A DNA stretch of 63,244 nt, the filler included, from Blastocystis sp. subtype 4 (lineage: Eukaryota): the NCBI RefSeq assembly GCF_000743755.1. It is 8 parts of 8 records of this genome, joined end to end, with 100 filler letters (N's around TTAATTAATTAA, not from the genome) between each part and the next. Parts side by side here need not be neighbours in the genome. Positions count along the whole stretch, not along the records: positions 19,969 to 26,376 come from NW_014569116.1; positions 26,477 to 32,829 come from NW_014569115.1; positions 32,930 to 39,129 come from NW_014569114.1; 5 more parts are not named here. One strand, written 5' to 3'. Each line of letters starts with the position of its first letter. Positions within the stretch are counted from its first letter, which is position 1. Position numbers and translations under genes: made by a program. Shown here piece by piece: positions 24,288 through 37,000 of the stretch. Below the pieces are notes generated by a model, which was given only the letters and a program-made list of their open reading frames with translations, did no database searches and was not told the origin of the DNA.

Positions 24288-25974
24288 ATGTATAGTAACG
24301 AAAAATTTCCAGATGATTCCTTTCTATCTGACTTCCAGATTAGTACCATTACTAGTGAGCGTCAATGGTGCTGTCGAAAAGCATTTATCCATTTCTCGGG
24401 AGAGTATAGTCAATATAAATTGATAGTGAATATGATTGGAGGAATGAAAGAGGGAGATGGATTGATGATTCACGATAACGGAACATTGTTTATGAAATTG
24501 AAGTTTGTGAAGAATGAATGTGAAGGAGAAGTGATAAAGAAGAATGAAAAAGGTTATATAATCCTTCGAGGTGAATTGGAACATGGGAAGGAATGTGGTT
24601 TGTTTGAAGAGTATGATGATTCGAGAAAGGTGATATGGAAAGGATTTTATCGGCAGGGAAAGCGATACTCCCATTTGAAGAATAAGGAAGGAATGAATGG
24701 ATTCTATTCAGAGATGAGTGAGGATGGAGGACTGCTGAGTGTAAGTGAATATGATGATAAGTGGAGAAAGAATGGAAGTTGTTTTGAGTATGAAGGAGGA
24801 GACTTGAAGAAAGAATGTGTATATGAAAATGGAGTGAAGAAGAGAACGATTCGAGAGTTCACTAGTAACAGAATACAAGGTGGGTACAAATATGTTATGG
24901 TACTTCAAATGATTGAGTATAAATGTGGAGTCAGAGTATATCAAGGAGGATGTGAAGGTAGTATTGAGAATGGATTTTATCGAGAAGGGAAAGGAACAGA
25001 GTATGAGAATGATGGAGAGAGAGCTGTATATTATGGTGAATGGAAGAATGGGAAGAGAGAAGGTCAGGGGAGCGAATTCAAACAATTGAATCCTGTGTAT
25101 ATTGGAGAATGGAAGAATGGATTGAGAGATGGAATAGGAGAAGAATATGATGAGAATAATGAATTAGTGAGAAGTGGGAGATGGATAGAAGGTGAATACG
25201 GTGTATTGCGGTATGCTGATAATTATGGGAATAATCTGAGTTCATTTGATGGTTGGCTTTATGAAATTGAGAGGATTGAAATTGGAAACGACTGTTTTAT
25301 AGAATTATGTCAATGGATACTTGATGGATTGAATAAACTGAGGAGTGTGAGGATTGGAAGAAGTAGTTTCTTTCTGAATAAGATGATTAGGGAAGGAAGC
25401 AAATGTGTGATAATGAATTGTGATCAATTGAGAGAAATCATTATTGGAGAGAAGTCATTCAATTGGTATGAATCAATTGAATTGAAAAATCTCCCTTCTC
25501 TTCAATCTATTCAATTTGATAGTTATGCATTCGAGAATTGTCAGTCAATAGTATTTGAGAGTATGAATGATTGAATGAATGATGAATGAGATCTGAATCA
25601 ACTTCATTCCATCACTCTGGGATATCAAACTCTTCATGGCAGTATTATTAACAGAGATTGGAATGAATTGATCATGAAGAGTATGAATGAAACAGATGAT
25701 TGATTGATCAGATCTTCCTTCTCTATCACTGTTCAAAGGAGATTATGATTCTTTCTGGTACATAGGTAAAGTGAAATTGGAGAGTGATAATTGGTGATTG
25801 AATTTGAATTAGATATTCCATCACTTACTGATGAAGGAATACAAACAAGTAATGAATACAGATATGTAAACGAATTGAGTAGTAAAAGTATGAGTAATGA
25901 ATTGCTGATATCCAGATGCTGATGCTCTTGATCAATTCATTAGAAATGGATCTCGGAGAAAATGTATGGATTGA
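24288..25974 (+). CDS. MORN-repeat plus LRR-like (BspA-like) repeat protein
   Basis: YYGEWKNGKREGQG and YIGEWKNGLRDGIG MORN repeats; LNKLRSVRIG/LPSLQSIQF repeats; four ~30-nt introns at the 3' end. Confidence 0.75.
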
Positions 25975-26476
25975 TACTGAGTTGATTCATACAAATGGAA
26001 CTGAAGGAACATAATAAGTGGTACTGATTGTTTGTTGAATGAGTTTGAATTGATTGAGATATGATAGGATTGATGTTTGATTGATTGTAATGTGAAATGA
26101 TAGAAACTGATTAGAATCACGGGAATGAATGATAAGATGAACAGATTGATTATGAGAGGATTGAATATGATGAGTGGAATGAAATGATGAATATGAATAG
26201 AATGGTTGAATATGGATAGAATGAGTGATAATCACTGTCAAGTCCTTCCATCTCATATTCATTATGATTTCATTAAAATGAAGGGTAATGAATTGTTCAT
26301 AGAATGATTGGAAACAATATCGAATTGAGTGTATTGAAGTCAGAAGAGAGATATCTGGATGATTATGAGTTGGAGTNNNNNNNNNNNNNNNNNNNNNNNN
26401 NNNNNNNNNNNNNNNNNNNNTTAATTAATTAANNNNNNNNNNNNNNNNNNNNNNNNNNNNNNNNNNNNNNNNNNNN

Positions 26477-26645
26477 TGACTCAGCATGGAGTGTTCAAGC
26501 TTCTGGGCAGAGGTCATATCGACAGACCTATCATTGTGAAGACGAAGTTCATCAGCAGCATTGTGTGTTTTGAGACTGGGAAATGATGGAATAGGCTGAG
26601 AAGAAGATCAAGGCTGCTGGAGGTGCCTGCATCCTCACTGCTTAA
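26477..26645 (+). CDS. RPL27A: 60S ribosomal protein uL15 (L27a), C-terminal fragment
   Basis: TQHGVFKLLGRGHIDRPIIVKTKFISSI|AEKKIKAAGGACILTA*; intron 26563-26594. Confidence 0.95.
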
Positions 26646-26716
26646 GGGAAATGGGTTGGTGTTATCGGTACTTGAGTTGTTTGTTATCCAATGATAATAT
26701 GTTCATTCATTGGATC

Positions 26717-27556
26717 ATGGCAGAGTACATAAAGACCGAAGTAATTCAGTACAAACGGCTCTATTATCGGAGCATGAATCAGCTTCAAACTGTAACAAAT
26801 GAGGACTATCAGAACCGAAGTGAAGCTTATGTCCAACTCATATCATCAAGAAATAAATTAAAGTGATTACAACTGTTTAGAGTAATTTGTAGAGAAATCG
26901 AAGAGGAATTGTCCCATCTTGTTGAAGAGAATCCAGGTGTACTCACATTGTCACAAATTGATAGTGTTAAGGATTCTATCAATAAACTGGATCGAGAACT
27001 CGATCTTCTGAAACAGGTTCTTCTCCAAATGGATATTGAATATGTAGGTCCCCCAAACTCCAACAGAAATTCAAGAATGTGAGAATGACTCAGAACCTTG
27101 TAAAGAGGATCCGTTCATTTCTTCTGATACAATAAGCAAACCGCAGAAGAGTGTAGAATCTATGACTTTAGAGGAAATGAGAGAGTGTTTGGGACTCACC
27201 CGACTGATGAACAGAGAAAGAGACGAGAACACAGAAAAGAGACAGCAACAACAGATTGTAAACGAAATTCTAGAATCAACACTCAGAATGCGGAATGTGG
27301 GAGGTAAGACTGCTTCGTTCCATTTTATGTAGAATCACTCCATGATCAAATTCAAGAGAGTAACGCAGCTCTCGATGCAACACAGACGATGACTGATGCA
27401 AACATAGATGCTGTGAATTCTCACACCAAAGGAATGAAGGAACTTCGCTCAAGGTCCTGGTGGACGATTTTTAGAGATCTGAAATATTTCATCCTAGCTG
27501 CCATTCTCTTTTTCATATGTATTATCGTCATTGTCTTTCTTCGTAAATCAATTTAG
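26717..27556 (+). CDS. USE1: ER Qc-SNARE, USE1-like
   Basis: Coiled coil QQQIVNEILESTLRMR...DANIDAVNSHTKGMKEL followed by SWW and a C-terminal TM anchor. Confidence 0.68.
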
Positions 27557-27690
27557 AATAGATATTAGATGTTTGTTTCGGAAACCAAAAATTGTCTCCA
27601 ATTCGGCCATCCATAAGCAGTAGCAACAAACCATTAATTCCAAGTACCAATCCTTTGAATTAAAGTAAACCGTAGACTTCGTCACCAAAA

Positions 27691-30664
27691 ATGGACTGGA
27701 CTCCAAATCCTGAGGCAATCCAGAATCTAGCAGGAATACTCTCAATCACAAATCGATCTAATTTTGCCGTTATTTCTAATTCGTATGATGTATGCCATTG
27801 GGAGGGTGTTTCATTATCGTAGCAACTAGAGGAAGCCAAGAAGAACCCTGAATTCTTGAAGTATATTGTCTTTATCTTTGCGTTTGGAGATAAAATGAGT
27901 TTGCCTAGTAATGTTCGTATCATTGCTGGCTATACGCTCAAATCTTGTCTGAAATTACTCTTCGATCACGATTCAAATGATAGCAAAGCGTATATTCGTT
28001 CTTGTGTACTAAATACGCTCATTGACCCGAATAACCAAATCAGGAATGCAGCTGGTGTTTTGATCACTCAGCTAGTAACTATTTCGGGACTAGAATCTTG
28101 GCCAGATTTGCTTCCTGCTCTACTCCAATTGTTGAAGAGTGACAATCAGGATTATATAATCACTTCTCTGAGTTGCTTAAGCAAACTGATGGAAGATAAC
28201 ATCTATGAATTGGACAGTGCGAAAGTGAATCATCCTCTAAACGAGCTGATTCCGTTGTTCCTTTCCTTTTTCCAATGTCCAAACGAAGAGATTATTTATC
28301 ACAGTGTGAATTGCATGAGATTCTCTATTGATGCAATGCCAAATGCTCTTCTCGTAAACATGGATAACTATATACATGTTGGACTTCAGAATGCAATTTA
28401 TGCTGTAGGGCTTAGCATGGTTGATGAATCGAGCAAATCCAGAAACCCTAGCAATTATTTGTAATTCATTAGTTTCCTTAATGGGAGTTCGTGTCGATGC
28501 GCTCATCAACTATATGAATGACTTGTTTGGTGTGATGTTACAATTATCTCAACATCAGAATTCATTCGTTGCCACTCAGGCCACTGGTAATGATTCTCTC
28601 TTTTTCTCACTTACAGAATTCTGGAGTGTTTTTGCTACATTGGATGTGGAAGAATCCATTCTGAATCTGATCATTCCAGTTCTTCCTCAATTAATTCCAA
28701 CTCTTATTCATAGTATGCGTTATTCTGATGAAGAATTAGCACGAATGAATGTGGACAATGCAGTAGTTGATAGTAATGGAGTTCGACCATTCATTTACCA
28801 TGAGAGCAAAACAGATAAGTGAATCATAACGAAGAGAAATGATAAATAGAAATGATAAGACTGATGATGAAGATATGGAAGGTGAATGGACATTACGAAA
28901 GGCTTCTGCTTGGGCATTGGATTGTCTTGCCAATCCATTTGCAGCAGATGTGATGGAGATCATGACTCCTATCATAACTGTCCTAGTTCTTTGTTCTGTT
29001 GATCTGTAGAATGGATTGAATAGTCCTGATTGGTTACAGCAGGAATGCACGATTCTGGCTTTGGGTGCTATTTCTGGAGGGTGTCTGTTGTTTATGGGAG
29101 ATATGATGCGTTCTGTGTATGCTTACATTCTCAGAATCATTCAAACTTCTGACAATCCATTATTATTCTCGATATCTGCGTGGATGGTGGGTCAATGTTC
29201 AGAATGGGTATTTGAGAATCTATCAAATGAAGAGATGGACGGACTGATGAGTATTCTCTTAACCCGTATGCTTCAGCCTCAACGGAAAGTTCAGCTGGCT
29301 GCCTCAGCTAGTGTATCTGTTTTGATTGAGAATGGAGAAAGCAAAATGGAACGATATTTTGATCAAATCATTCATACGATCAGTGAATGCTTCAAATTCT
29401 ATTGTGTATGCGTGTTATTCTTAAGAATTCATGAATAGGAACGGAATCAACGAGTATTACTGTGTTGTATTGGTGACATTTGTACAATACTGATGGATTC
29501 ATCTTCACTTGACATTAACCAATATGCTGATCTCCTTCTTCCTCCGATTATAGCGAAATGGAATCTATTAGGTGACTTTGATGAAGGCTTATTGTCAATC
29601 CTGGAGTGTTTGTATTATTTGATTGGGGTAAGAATGATATTAACTCTTGATAATAAGGCAATGGGAACAAATTTTGCCCCAATGGCTGCTAATGTGTATC
29701 AGCGATGTATGCGAATCATAGATTCTGTGAATGTGGCGTACATCACACAATCCATGGAAGTAGGAATCTGTTTCTATTGTCATGTGGAAGGTGGAATCTC
29801 TACCAGATAAGATGTTCCTCTCTTCATCTCTTGATGTTATAAGCAGCATCATTGGATCGTTGAAAGAATCTGTTCAACCTCTTGTGGAAGAATATAACCT
29901 GATTTCGGTTCTGACGGGATGTATGGAAGATAATGATGCTGATGTCAGACAAGCTGCATTCGGTGTTTTGGGCGATCTGGCGCAATATTGCTATATTGTC
30001 GTAAAACCTCATATCAAGACATTTGTGATGTTATGTGTGAAGTATATGAATGTCGAGTATGCCTTATGCTGTCTCCTCAGGTGTAGGTATCCTTCAGTTT
30101 GTAACAATGCAATCTGGTCCTTAGGCGAAATGGTACTTCGTGCAGGGACAGAAATGGCTCTCTATGCAGAGGCCGTATTACCCTTGTTAATATCATTTAA
30201 TTCGCAAACTCGACTTCCCGCGGGAATTAAGGATAATTCAACGATTTCGATTTGTCGTTATTGTTTGACTGTTCCTCAAGCTATTCCTTATGTTCGGAAT
30301 TGTTTTGGGATGTTATGCACCAATGTGGCGAAACTGCGGTAGGGCCGAATGAAGGTTATGATGGGCTAGAGATGGAGCTGAGAAGGAGCAGTCATCCCAA
30401 GGCTTATGTACGATCCTTCAGGCGATGCCAGATCTGTTCCCACAGGACTTCCCAAAGTTCATGTTGATGGTGGCTTCATGGTAGGTATGAATGGAAGAAC
30501 TGATGACAAGGACAACAATCAGTGATATGGGTTTAGGACAGATGTTATTAGGAGTTATGACATCATTTAAGCAGAGTTTAGGTGACGATTGGCAACGGTA
30601 TTATGAGGAAAATGTAGACATTCGCTATCGTCAAATCATTCAAAATAACTTTGGATTCTTTTAA
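27691..30664 (+). CDS. TNPO1: Transportin-1/karyopherin beta-2
   Basis: MDWTPNPEAIQNL, WPDLLPAL, H8 loop RPF..DDEDMEGEWTLRKASA, ECTILALGAISGGC, SVCNNAIWSLGE. Confidence 0.93.
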
Positions 30665-30666
30665 AG

Positions 30667-30674
30667 TGTTTGTG
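30667..30674 (+). terminator. Blastocystis-type 3'-end element TGTTTGTG, 4 nt after the T of the TNPO1 TAA (essentially no 3' UTR)
   Basis: TTT TAA AG TGTTTGTG. Confidence 0.6.
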
Positions 30675-30735
30675 TTTAGAAAACGTATCATATTCTGTTC
30701 CATTCAATATCATTCTTACTCTCAACAAACAGAAC

Positions 30736-32536
30736 AGTAATCACTATCAGACTCAAAATCATCGTCTGTCATAATATCTTCATCTGAAGTAGGAATACAA
30801 CCATCATTTTTATCAATGACTTGAATACTTGTTTCTCCATCTATCTATCATATCATTCTCATAATACTTACTTGCAGAAAGACTAGCACGTACTCTAGCT
30901 CTGGGATTGTCATCTACTACACTAATCGCTCGTTTCTTTGGTGCTGATGCACTCGTAGACGATCGTTTCTTAGTAGATTTCGACACTTTCTGTTCATCTA
31001 CGATAACACGATCCAATTCACGCATCTCAAATGCTTCAAATTGTGTGTCTTCATTCTATCATCATATCGTTCATCCAACTCTCCTACTAATGAAAATGAG
31101 AGTGTATCCAAGGAATTCTTTCTCGAAGAAGTCTGAATCTGTGGATCTTTCACATTCAGAAAGAGATTTGGATCAAAGGAAGAGTTATCTTCAAAGAGAT
31201 GCTTTTGATTTGCTTCATTTTCTGCTGCTATTTCTGTATCATGCTTTTCAACCAATTGTCGAATCTGATTTCGGTATTTCAATGTACCTTTTCTTGCCAA
31301 CTGCTCTATTGGAGGATCTTCTACTGGTTCATCTCCTTGCGGAAACAATGCAAGTGATTCTGCCTCTTTTGTTCCTCGTTTTCCCTTCCTCATTGTTACC
31401 CTTCCTTTCCTTCGAGATTGCTTTAAATCACTCTCTTTGGCTTTTGCTGCTACAATGTCTGAATGCGTCTCTTCAGGATCCAAAGGCAAGTCTAAAGGCA
31501 TTGCATTACTTTGAATCATTGATGAAGATACATCGGATATTGGCAATTGCAATGAGAGTGTTGATTCTGGAATTGGATCTGACTTTGGTTTTCGCTTTCG
31601 GCCTGGCTTCTTCTTTTCACCTGGAGCTCGTTTCACCTTATTTTTACTGCCTTTAGGACGACCAGGACGGCGTTTCGGTTTCGGTAGTTGTTGGAACACT
31701 GAGAGCAAATCGTTACCATATACTTCGTTACCAGGAATAATAGGATTCTGAAGAGATTTGACAGGAAAAACATGTTCCATCATTTCAACGGATGATGGAA
31801 GAGGTTGTTCGGTTGTTGTTAACGGTATCTTCCCAAAAGAAGGAAACGAACTTGTTGTTGGAAATGTTTCTTGATTAGGAAAGGTCAAAAATGAAGGATT
31901 TGTTGGAGTAACGATGGCTAGATATAAAATAGAATAGGAAGTCAAACGAAATAGAGGTTCCGGTTGTTCTGATGACGACGGAGGGATCTGAAAGGAAGGA
32001 TGATCCCTCCGTTTCCTTTTTTTGATCTTTTCAACTTCTCTATCATAGAGAATAGTCTCTTCAGATGATCTTCCCTTAAAATGAGAATAGATAACAACAA
32101 CAACAAGAATTCGCGTTCGTAACACATATCTCCAGTTGTCTGGGAATCCATTTTGAACATACTGGGAATAGATGTTGCTGAAACCATTCTTGACACTCTT
32201 CTCAAGATCCATTTCGCCCTAGTTGTCATTCAATCAGTCCAAATCAACCTCTAGTTTGTAACGTGACTTATTCAGTGTCAACACATTTGTCCTATCTGTT
32301 ACTGTCATGATCGGACCACAGCGCCACAATTGCTTCTGTGGCAACAGAACACCTTTGACTCACTTTAGTTCAACATGAATACCTTCAATAACTAGAGTTA
32401 CTCCTTTTCGAAGAGGAAACACCGATTTCAAGTACCAATTTGATAGTTTCTTTACAGATGACTCCCTAGCCATAATGCAAGTAGATTTAGGTCCCTACGG
32501 AATACTGATCGTATTGCCTCCTAAAGCACTACTCAT
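30736..32536 (-). CDS. SANTA-domain, AT-hook protein (KNL2/Mis18BP1-like)
   Basis: Spliced KKLSNWYLK..LVIEG..LWRCGPI..VLTLNKSRYKLEGEMD..NGFS..NGFPDNW matches the SANTA pattern; AT-hooks RRPGRPKGSKNK and KPGRKRK; stop probably completed by poly(A). Confidence 0.72.
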
Positions 32537-32669
32537 TATTCTTTATTATCAAAATAGTACGTTGAATCTAACCCTATCTTTCCAGGGTTCATTTCGCTTC
32601 TGTAGCAACAATGAACTGACAAAGAGTATCCAACAAAGAACTGAAACCCACAAATCAAATAAAAGAACA

Positions 32670-32829
32670 TTACATCTGCATTGCCTCCATTTCTTTCATT
32701 GCAATGGTTTGCATCTCCATCATCTTCTTCTGTTGCTCCACAATCGCATCCTTCTTCTTCAAATACTCTCGCTGCCAATACGTTGTGAATCCCTCTGGTT
32801 TCTCTCCGTTAATCTCTACGGGGATATAC
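32670..32829 (-). CDS. C-terminal fragment of unknown protein
   Basis: YIPVEINGEKPEGFTTYWQREYLKKKDAIVEQQKKMMEMQTIAMKEMEAMQM*, open to the contig end. Confidence 0.5.
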
Positions 32830-32929
32830 NNNNNNNNNNNNNNNNNNNNNNNNNNNNNNNNNNNNNNNNNNNNTTAATTAATTAANNNNNNNNNNNNNNN
32901 NNNNNNNNNNNNNNNNNNNNNNNNNNNNN

Positions 32930-33838
32930 TTCATTCTTGCTGTTGGAGGTGGTTCAATTAGTGATGGATGTAAGTTCATTGCAATGGCTGCTTTCTATAA
33001 TGGAGAGAATCCTTATGAAGACTTATTGATGAAAGGTGGCGTTGGTTGTCCTAAGTCTGTTCCTCTTGGTGTGATTATGACTCTTCCTGCTACTGGATCT
33101 GAATCGAATAGTGGATGTGTGATCTCTTGCAGAAGAACTCATGGCAAGTTTGGTATTCACAATCCCAATAACTTCCCTGTATTCGCAGTATTGGATCCTG
33201 ATACTTCAATGTCTCTTCCTTACAAACAGACTGCAAATGGGGTTGTTGATGCATTTGTTCATGTGTGTGAACAATACATCACTGATTGTCGTCATGCTGA
33301 TGTTCAGGATCGATATGCTGAGGCTCTATTGAAGGTTCTTATTGATAATGGAAGACTGGTTAAAGAGAATCCTAACGATTATTCTGTTCGTGCTAATATC
33401 ATGTGGGCTGCTAATCAGGCATTGAATCACTGGCTGGATAAAGGAGTTCGAGGTGACTGGGCTACTCATGTGATTGGTCATGAATTGACTGCCTTCTTGG
33501 GAATGGATCATGGTCAGACTCTTGCTTGTGTTCAGAGACGTGTATTGGAGTTTAAGTTTGAAACAAAGAAATGGAAGTTGGCTCAGATGGCTGAAAGAGT
33601 ATTTGGAGTGACTGAAGGAACTGTTGAAGAGAAGGCTCGAACTTGCATTCAAATGATTGATGATTTCTATTCGAAGGATATGGGTGTTCCTACTCATATT
33701 AGTGAATGTGATTGTAGTCAGGACAAGGCATGGATTGATGAAGTTCATGCTAAGTTCACTGCTGTTAATCTTCATTTCGGTGAAGATAAAGATATTGATG
33801 CTGATATTGCTTGTGATATAATTCGTAATAGTTATTAA
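32930..33838 (+). CDS. yqhD: Iron-containing NADPH-dependent alcohol/aldehyde dehydrogenase, YqhD/butanol dehydrogenase-like (5' truncated)
   Basis: FILAVGGGS, TLPATGSESN, PVFAVLDP, NGVVDAFVH, VRANIMWAA, DWATHVIGHELTA..DHGQTLA closely follow bacterial YqhD; no introns in visible part. Confidence 0.93.
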   Translation, partial: FILAVGGGSISDGCKFIAMAAFYNGENPYEDLLMKGGVGCPKSVPLGVIMTLPATGSESNSGCVISCRRTHGKFGIHNPNNFPVFAVLDPDTSMSLPYKQTANGVVDAFVHVCEQYITDCRHADVQDRYAEALLKVLIDNGRLVKENPNDYSVRANIMWAANQALNHWLDKGVRGDWATHVIGHELTAFLGMDHGQTLACVQRRVLEFKFETKKWKLAQMAERVFGVTEGTVEEKARTCIQMIDDFYSKDMGVPTHISECDCSQDKAWIDEVHAKFTAVNLHFGEDKDIDADIACDIIRNSY

Positions 33839-34045
33839 TGACTCTCTGTTTCTTATGAACAAATGGATGCATTGTCTGGAGGGAGTATTTCCTTTAGTGT
33901 CAATAAGTATCATTCAATAGGGGTAAATCAATAATCTAATCACTATGTCTGCTTCTTCGATGAAGTTTTGGCGGGAAGACTATGTTCATTCTTCTGTCAT
34001 TTTGATTTGCAAAATTGATAGTTGTCATTTGCTATTTTTTCTGGA

Positions 34046-37000
34046 ATGTCAGATGACTTGTTTAGGGACACTCAATTAGGTGATTCTCAACAGTCTGATA
34101 GCTGTATCTATTTTGTCATATTGGATCATTTATTAGCTAATTCTGAAGTTGTATCGTCAGATGGCTCTTCACATGAGATTTCTGTAGCAGGTAATAATTC
34201 CTTTGTTTTATAACCATTCTAGATACTTCAATACATGCTCTACCGGAGGATAAAGAAAGTAAGCTAACAGAGTTGATGGAAGAGGATACTACAAATCTTG
34301 AGTATGTTAGTGGTATCTTTAGCGCACGTGGTTTTTGTGAATATGAAGGTAGTTAGCTTATGATTAGGTGTTGATGTCAGTGGTTCTCCAAGTATTCTTG
34401 CTACTTCTCGTTCATTTTCCAAATCCATTTTATCTAATTTTATCGGAGTACACGAAGCAGAAAAGGTATTACATCCTTGTTCCTCTTTACTACCTGTAAC
34501 CCCGAAAAGAGGACCAGCTTTAAGACCATTTCCTCCTCCTTTGAGTGCTAATCATACAATTCTATCTTCCCCCTCTTCATTGTCTGATGGCCAAAGCGTG
34601 GAGATTGAGAGTTTTCAGACCTCTTTATCAAATCAGGATAGTGTTTCATGGAGTCAGCAGAAGTGTGTAACCTCCTCAATGGGGGACGAACATGCTGTGG
34701 CTATGGAGACAAGTGGTTTAACTACTACAAAGCCGATAATCACTCCCTCGAGTAGGTCGAGTCTGTTTTCAACTGCTTCAGGTCATCAAATTGAATTGAA
34801 TGAAGACCAAATGAATCGAGGTCGAGCTATTCTAACTGAACTCACTTCATCTAATGATGCTTCTTCCCATCCTCTTCCCAATCAAACTGATTCGATCCAA
34901 ACAGAATCCTCATTCTTTGGTACTGCTTCAGGTCGTTCCATCTCAATCTCTGCCGCTAGATTAGAGCAAGCTTCTTCTCTTCTTGCATCTCTTGCCGAAC
35001 AAGCTGATCATTCAATTGTCTCAACTCATACTCTTCCAGCTACTCCTGACAGAGAAACATCGCCTCTAAAGAATACACTAGAAAGTGAGCGAACTCGAAT
35101 CGAAGTCCCTGTGAATATCGAAGGACCAGTTCCTCTGAAGCCTCAGCTTCCTGACCCTGATAGGCCCCTCTTACATTCAGTGAATCGAGAAAGAGCAAAT
35201 CCTCTCTCCAGGCTTCCTCCCATATCGTCATCAAAACGTGGAACTCAGGCATCAGCCGAGAACTCGAATCGAAAACGGTTTCATCCAGTATTCATTCAAA
35301 ATGATTCAACAGTGTATGGTCCTTCAAGTTCAGATTCGGATCATCAGAAGGCTAGTAGTGAAGAAGTTATTAGGTGTTATATGGAACAATATCAGTATAG
35401 ATTGGATCTTCATACATATGAACTTACCAACACTACAATGAAGGCGTTTCATTCTCTTGAAAAGAGATTTGGATATCCTTATTGTCAAGAATATAAACAG
35501 TTATATGAACGACTCAAAGAGGCTGTTGACACGCAAGAATTAGTATTACAAGCATCAGATCCACTTCAATCTGCTGATATGAATATCACTCTTACTAGAT
35601 TGGAATATGAAGAGAATACGAGTTTCAAGAAGGAGAAAGAAGAAGCTGGGGTTCTCTCACTTATTCTTCAAGTTGATAATCGGAATGCGGAGTTTGTTCT
35701 CTATCCTGAATCACCCAATTCTGACTCTCTTCCTACTGGTTTCCACACAGATCCAGATTCAACTTCTCCTCAGTTTCAAAGGATTTTGGAGTGGATGGTA
35801 GCCGATGGTGCTGATCGTAATCTGTTGAGTAAGCAGTGGATTCGATGTATGTGGAGAAACATTATTTGGAAACAAAGCAGTAAGTGTAAGTGGCAAGGAG
35901 TTAATGACCCTTTGAAGTTTTGTACAGTGATTCAGCTTCTATCATGGAGATACATTACTGAATGTTATCTAGCCAAACCTCCTCCCATAAAACGACTTGT
36001 TCAACGAGATGAAAATGAAGGTCGTTTGATAGTATTGCTGGTTAGTGATATTCTGTTCATACCACCAGTCCCCGATTATGATGACATTCCAGAACCTGGA
36101 GAAAAAACTACCTCTGAGAAAGAGAAAAATCTACCTGGTCGGATCGAGTTAACGGATGGTTGGTATTTTATTGAAGCTGTCTTGGATCCTTCACTAACTC
36201 ATCTCCTTCAAATCCATCGAATTTATCCAGGATTGAAACTCCGAATTGCTTGTGCTAAGATGATTGACAATACAAATGGTTGTTCTCCTTTAGAAATGAA
36301 ATTAAATTCTCCTAGAATAGCTCATTCCACTTTCTTTCCATCATATCAAACCACAAATAGTCAATTCTCTCGTATTTCACCTACACCAATTGAATATGAG
36401 GGAGCCAATGATACCAATCCTCGACTTGTTCTTCAGTACAATAACACACGTCGTGCTGTATGGAATAGTTATCTTGGTTTTACTAATCTCTCGGTTTTCA
36501 ATGTCAACCCAAATGATTGTGTGAACGAAGGTGGTACTCTTCCTCAAACTGATCTCTTGATCACTCGTAAATATGGTCTCCGATTCATTGAACGAATTGG
36601 AGATACAACGATCAGTCGAACTGAAGAAGAGGAAGAGAAAGTGAGAGAAGAATGGGAACGAACCAAACATGAGCTCTACAGCTCTGTTCTTCAGATGTTG
36701 TCAAGTCGATGGGAGAAAGAGCCTTTTGAAGAAGAGGAGAATCCTCCTCTATCGGAAGATGAGTTGAATCGACAACAGGATTATAAGCGTCAACGTATGG
36801 AAGAAAGAAGAAAGAGAGAGATTGAAGAAGCAATGGAAGAGGCAATGGATAAGGCTGACTTCCATGATCGAGATGTCTCAATTGTGGGTTGTCTTCAAGT
36901 TATCTCTCCTTATCGTTATTCTTCATCTTGTCTTCCTTCCAATACTCCTTTGATCGATGTGTCTTCACTCTGTTTACAGACAGGACTCTCTGTCGACCCG

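Noticed and set aside
30087..30095. GTATCCTTC U12-like donor in TNPO1 (similar words at ~7802, ~8092 and ~35473)
   Set aside because: All lie in uninterrupted coding sequence (e.g. YPSVCNNA); no intron is needed
30907..31656. Long antisense ORFs (also 33326-33913, 50015-50548 and others)
   Set aside because: Shadows of real genes on the opposite strand, with no independent motifs
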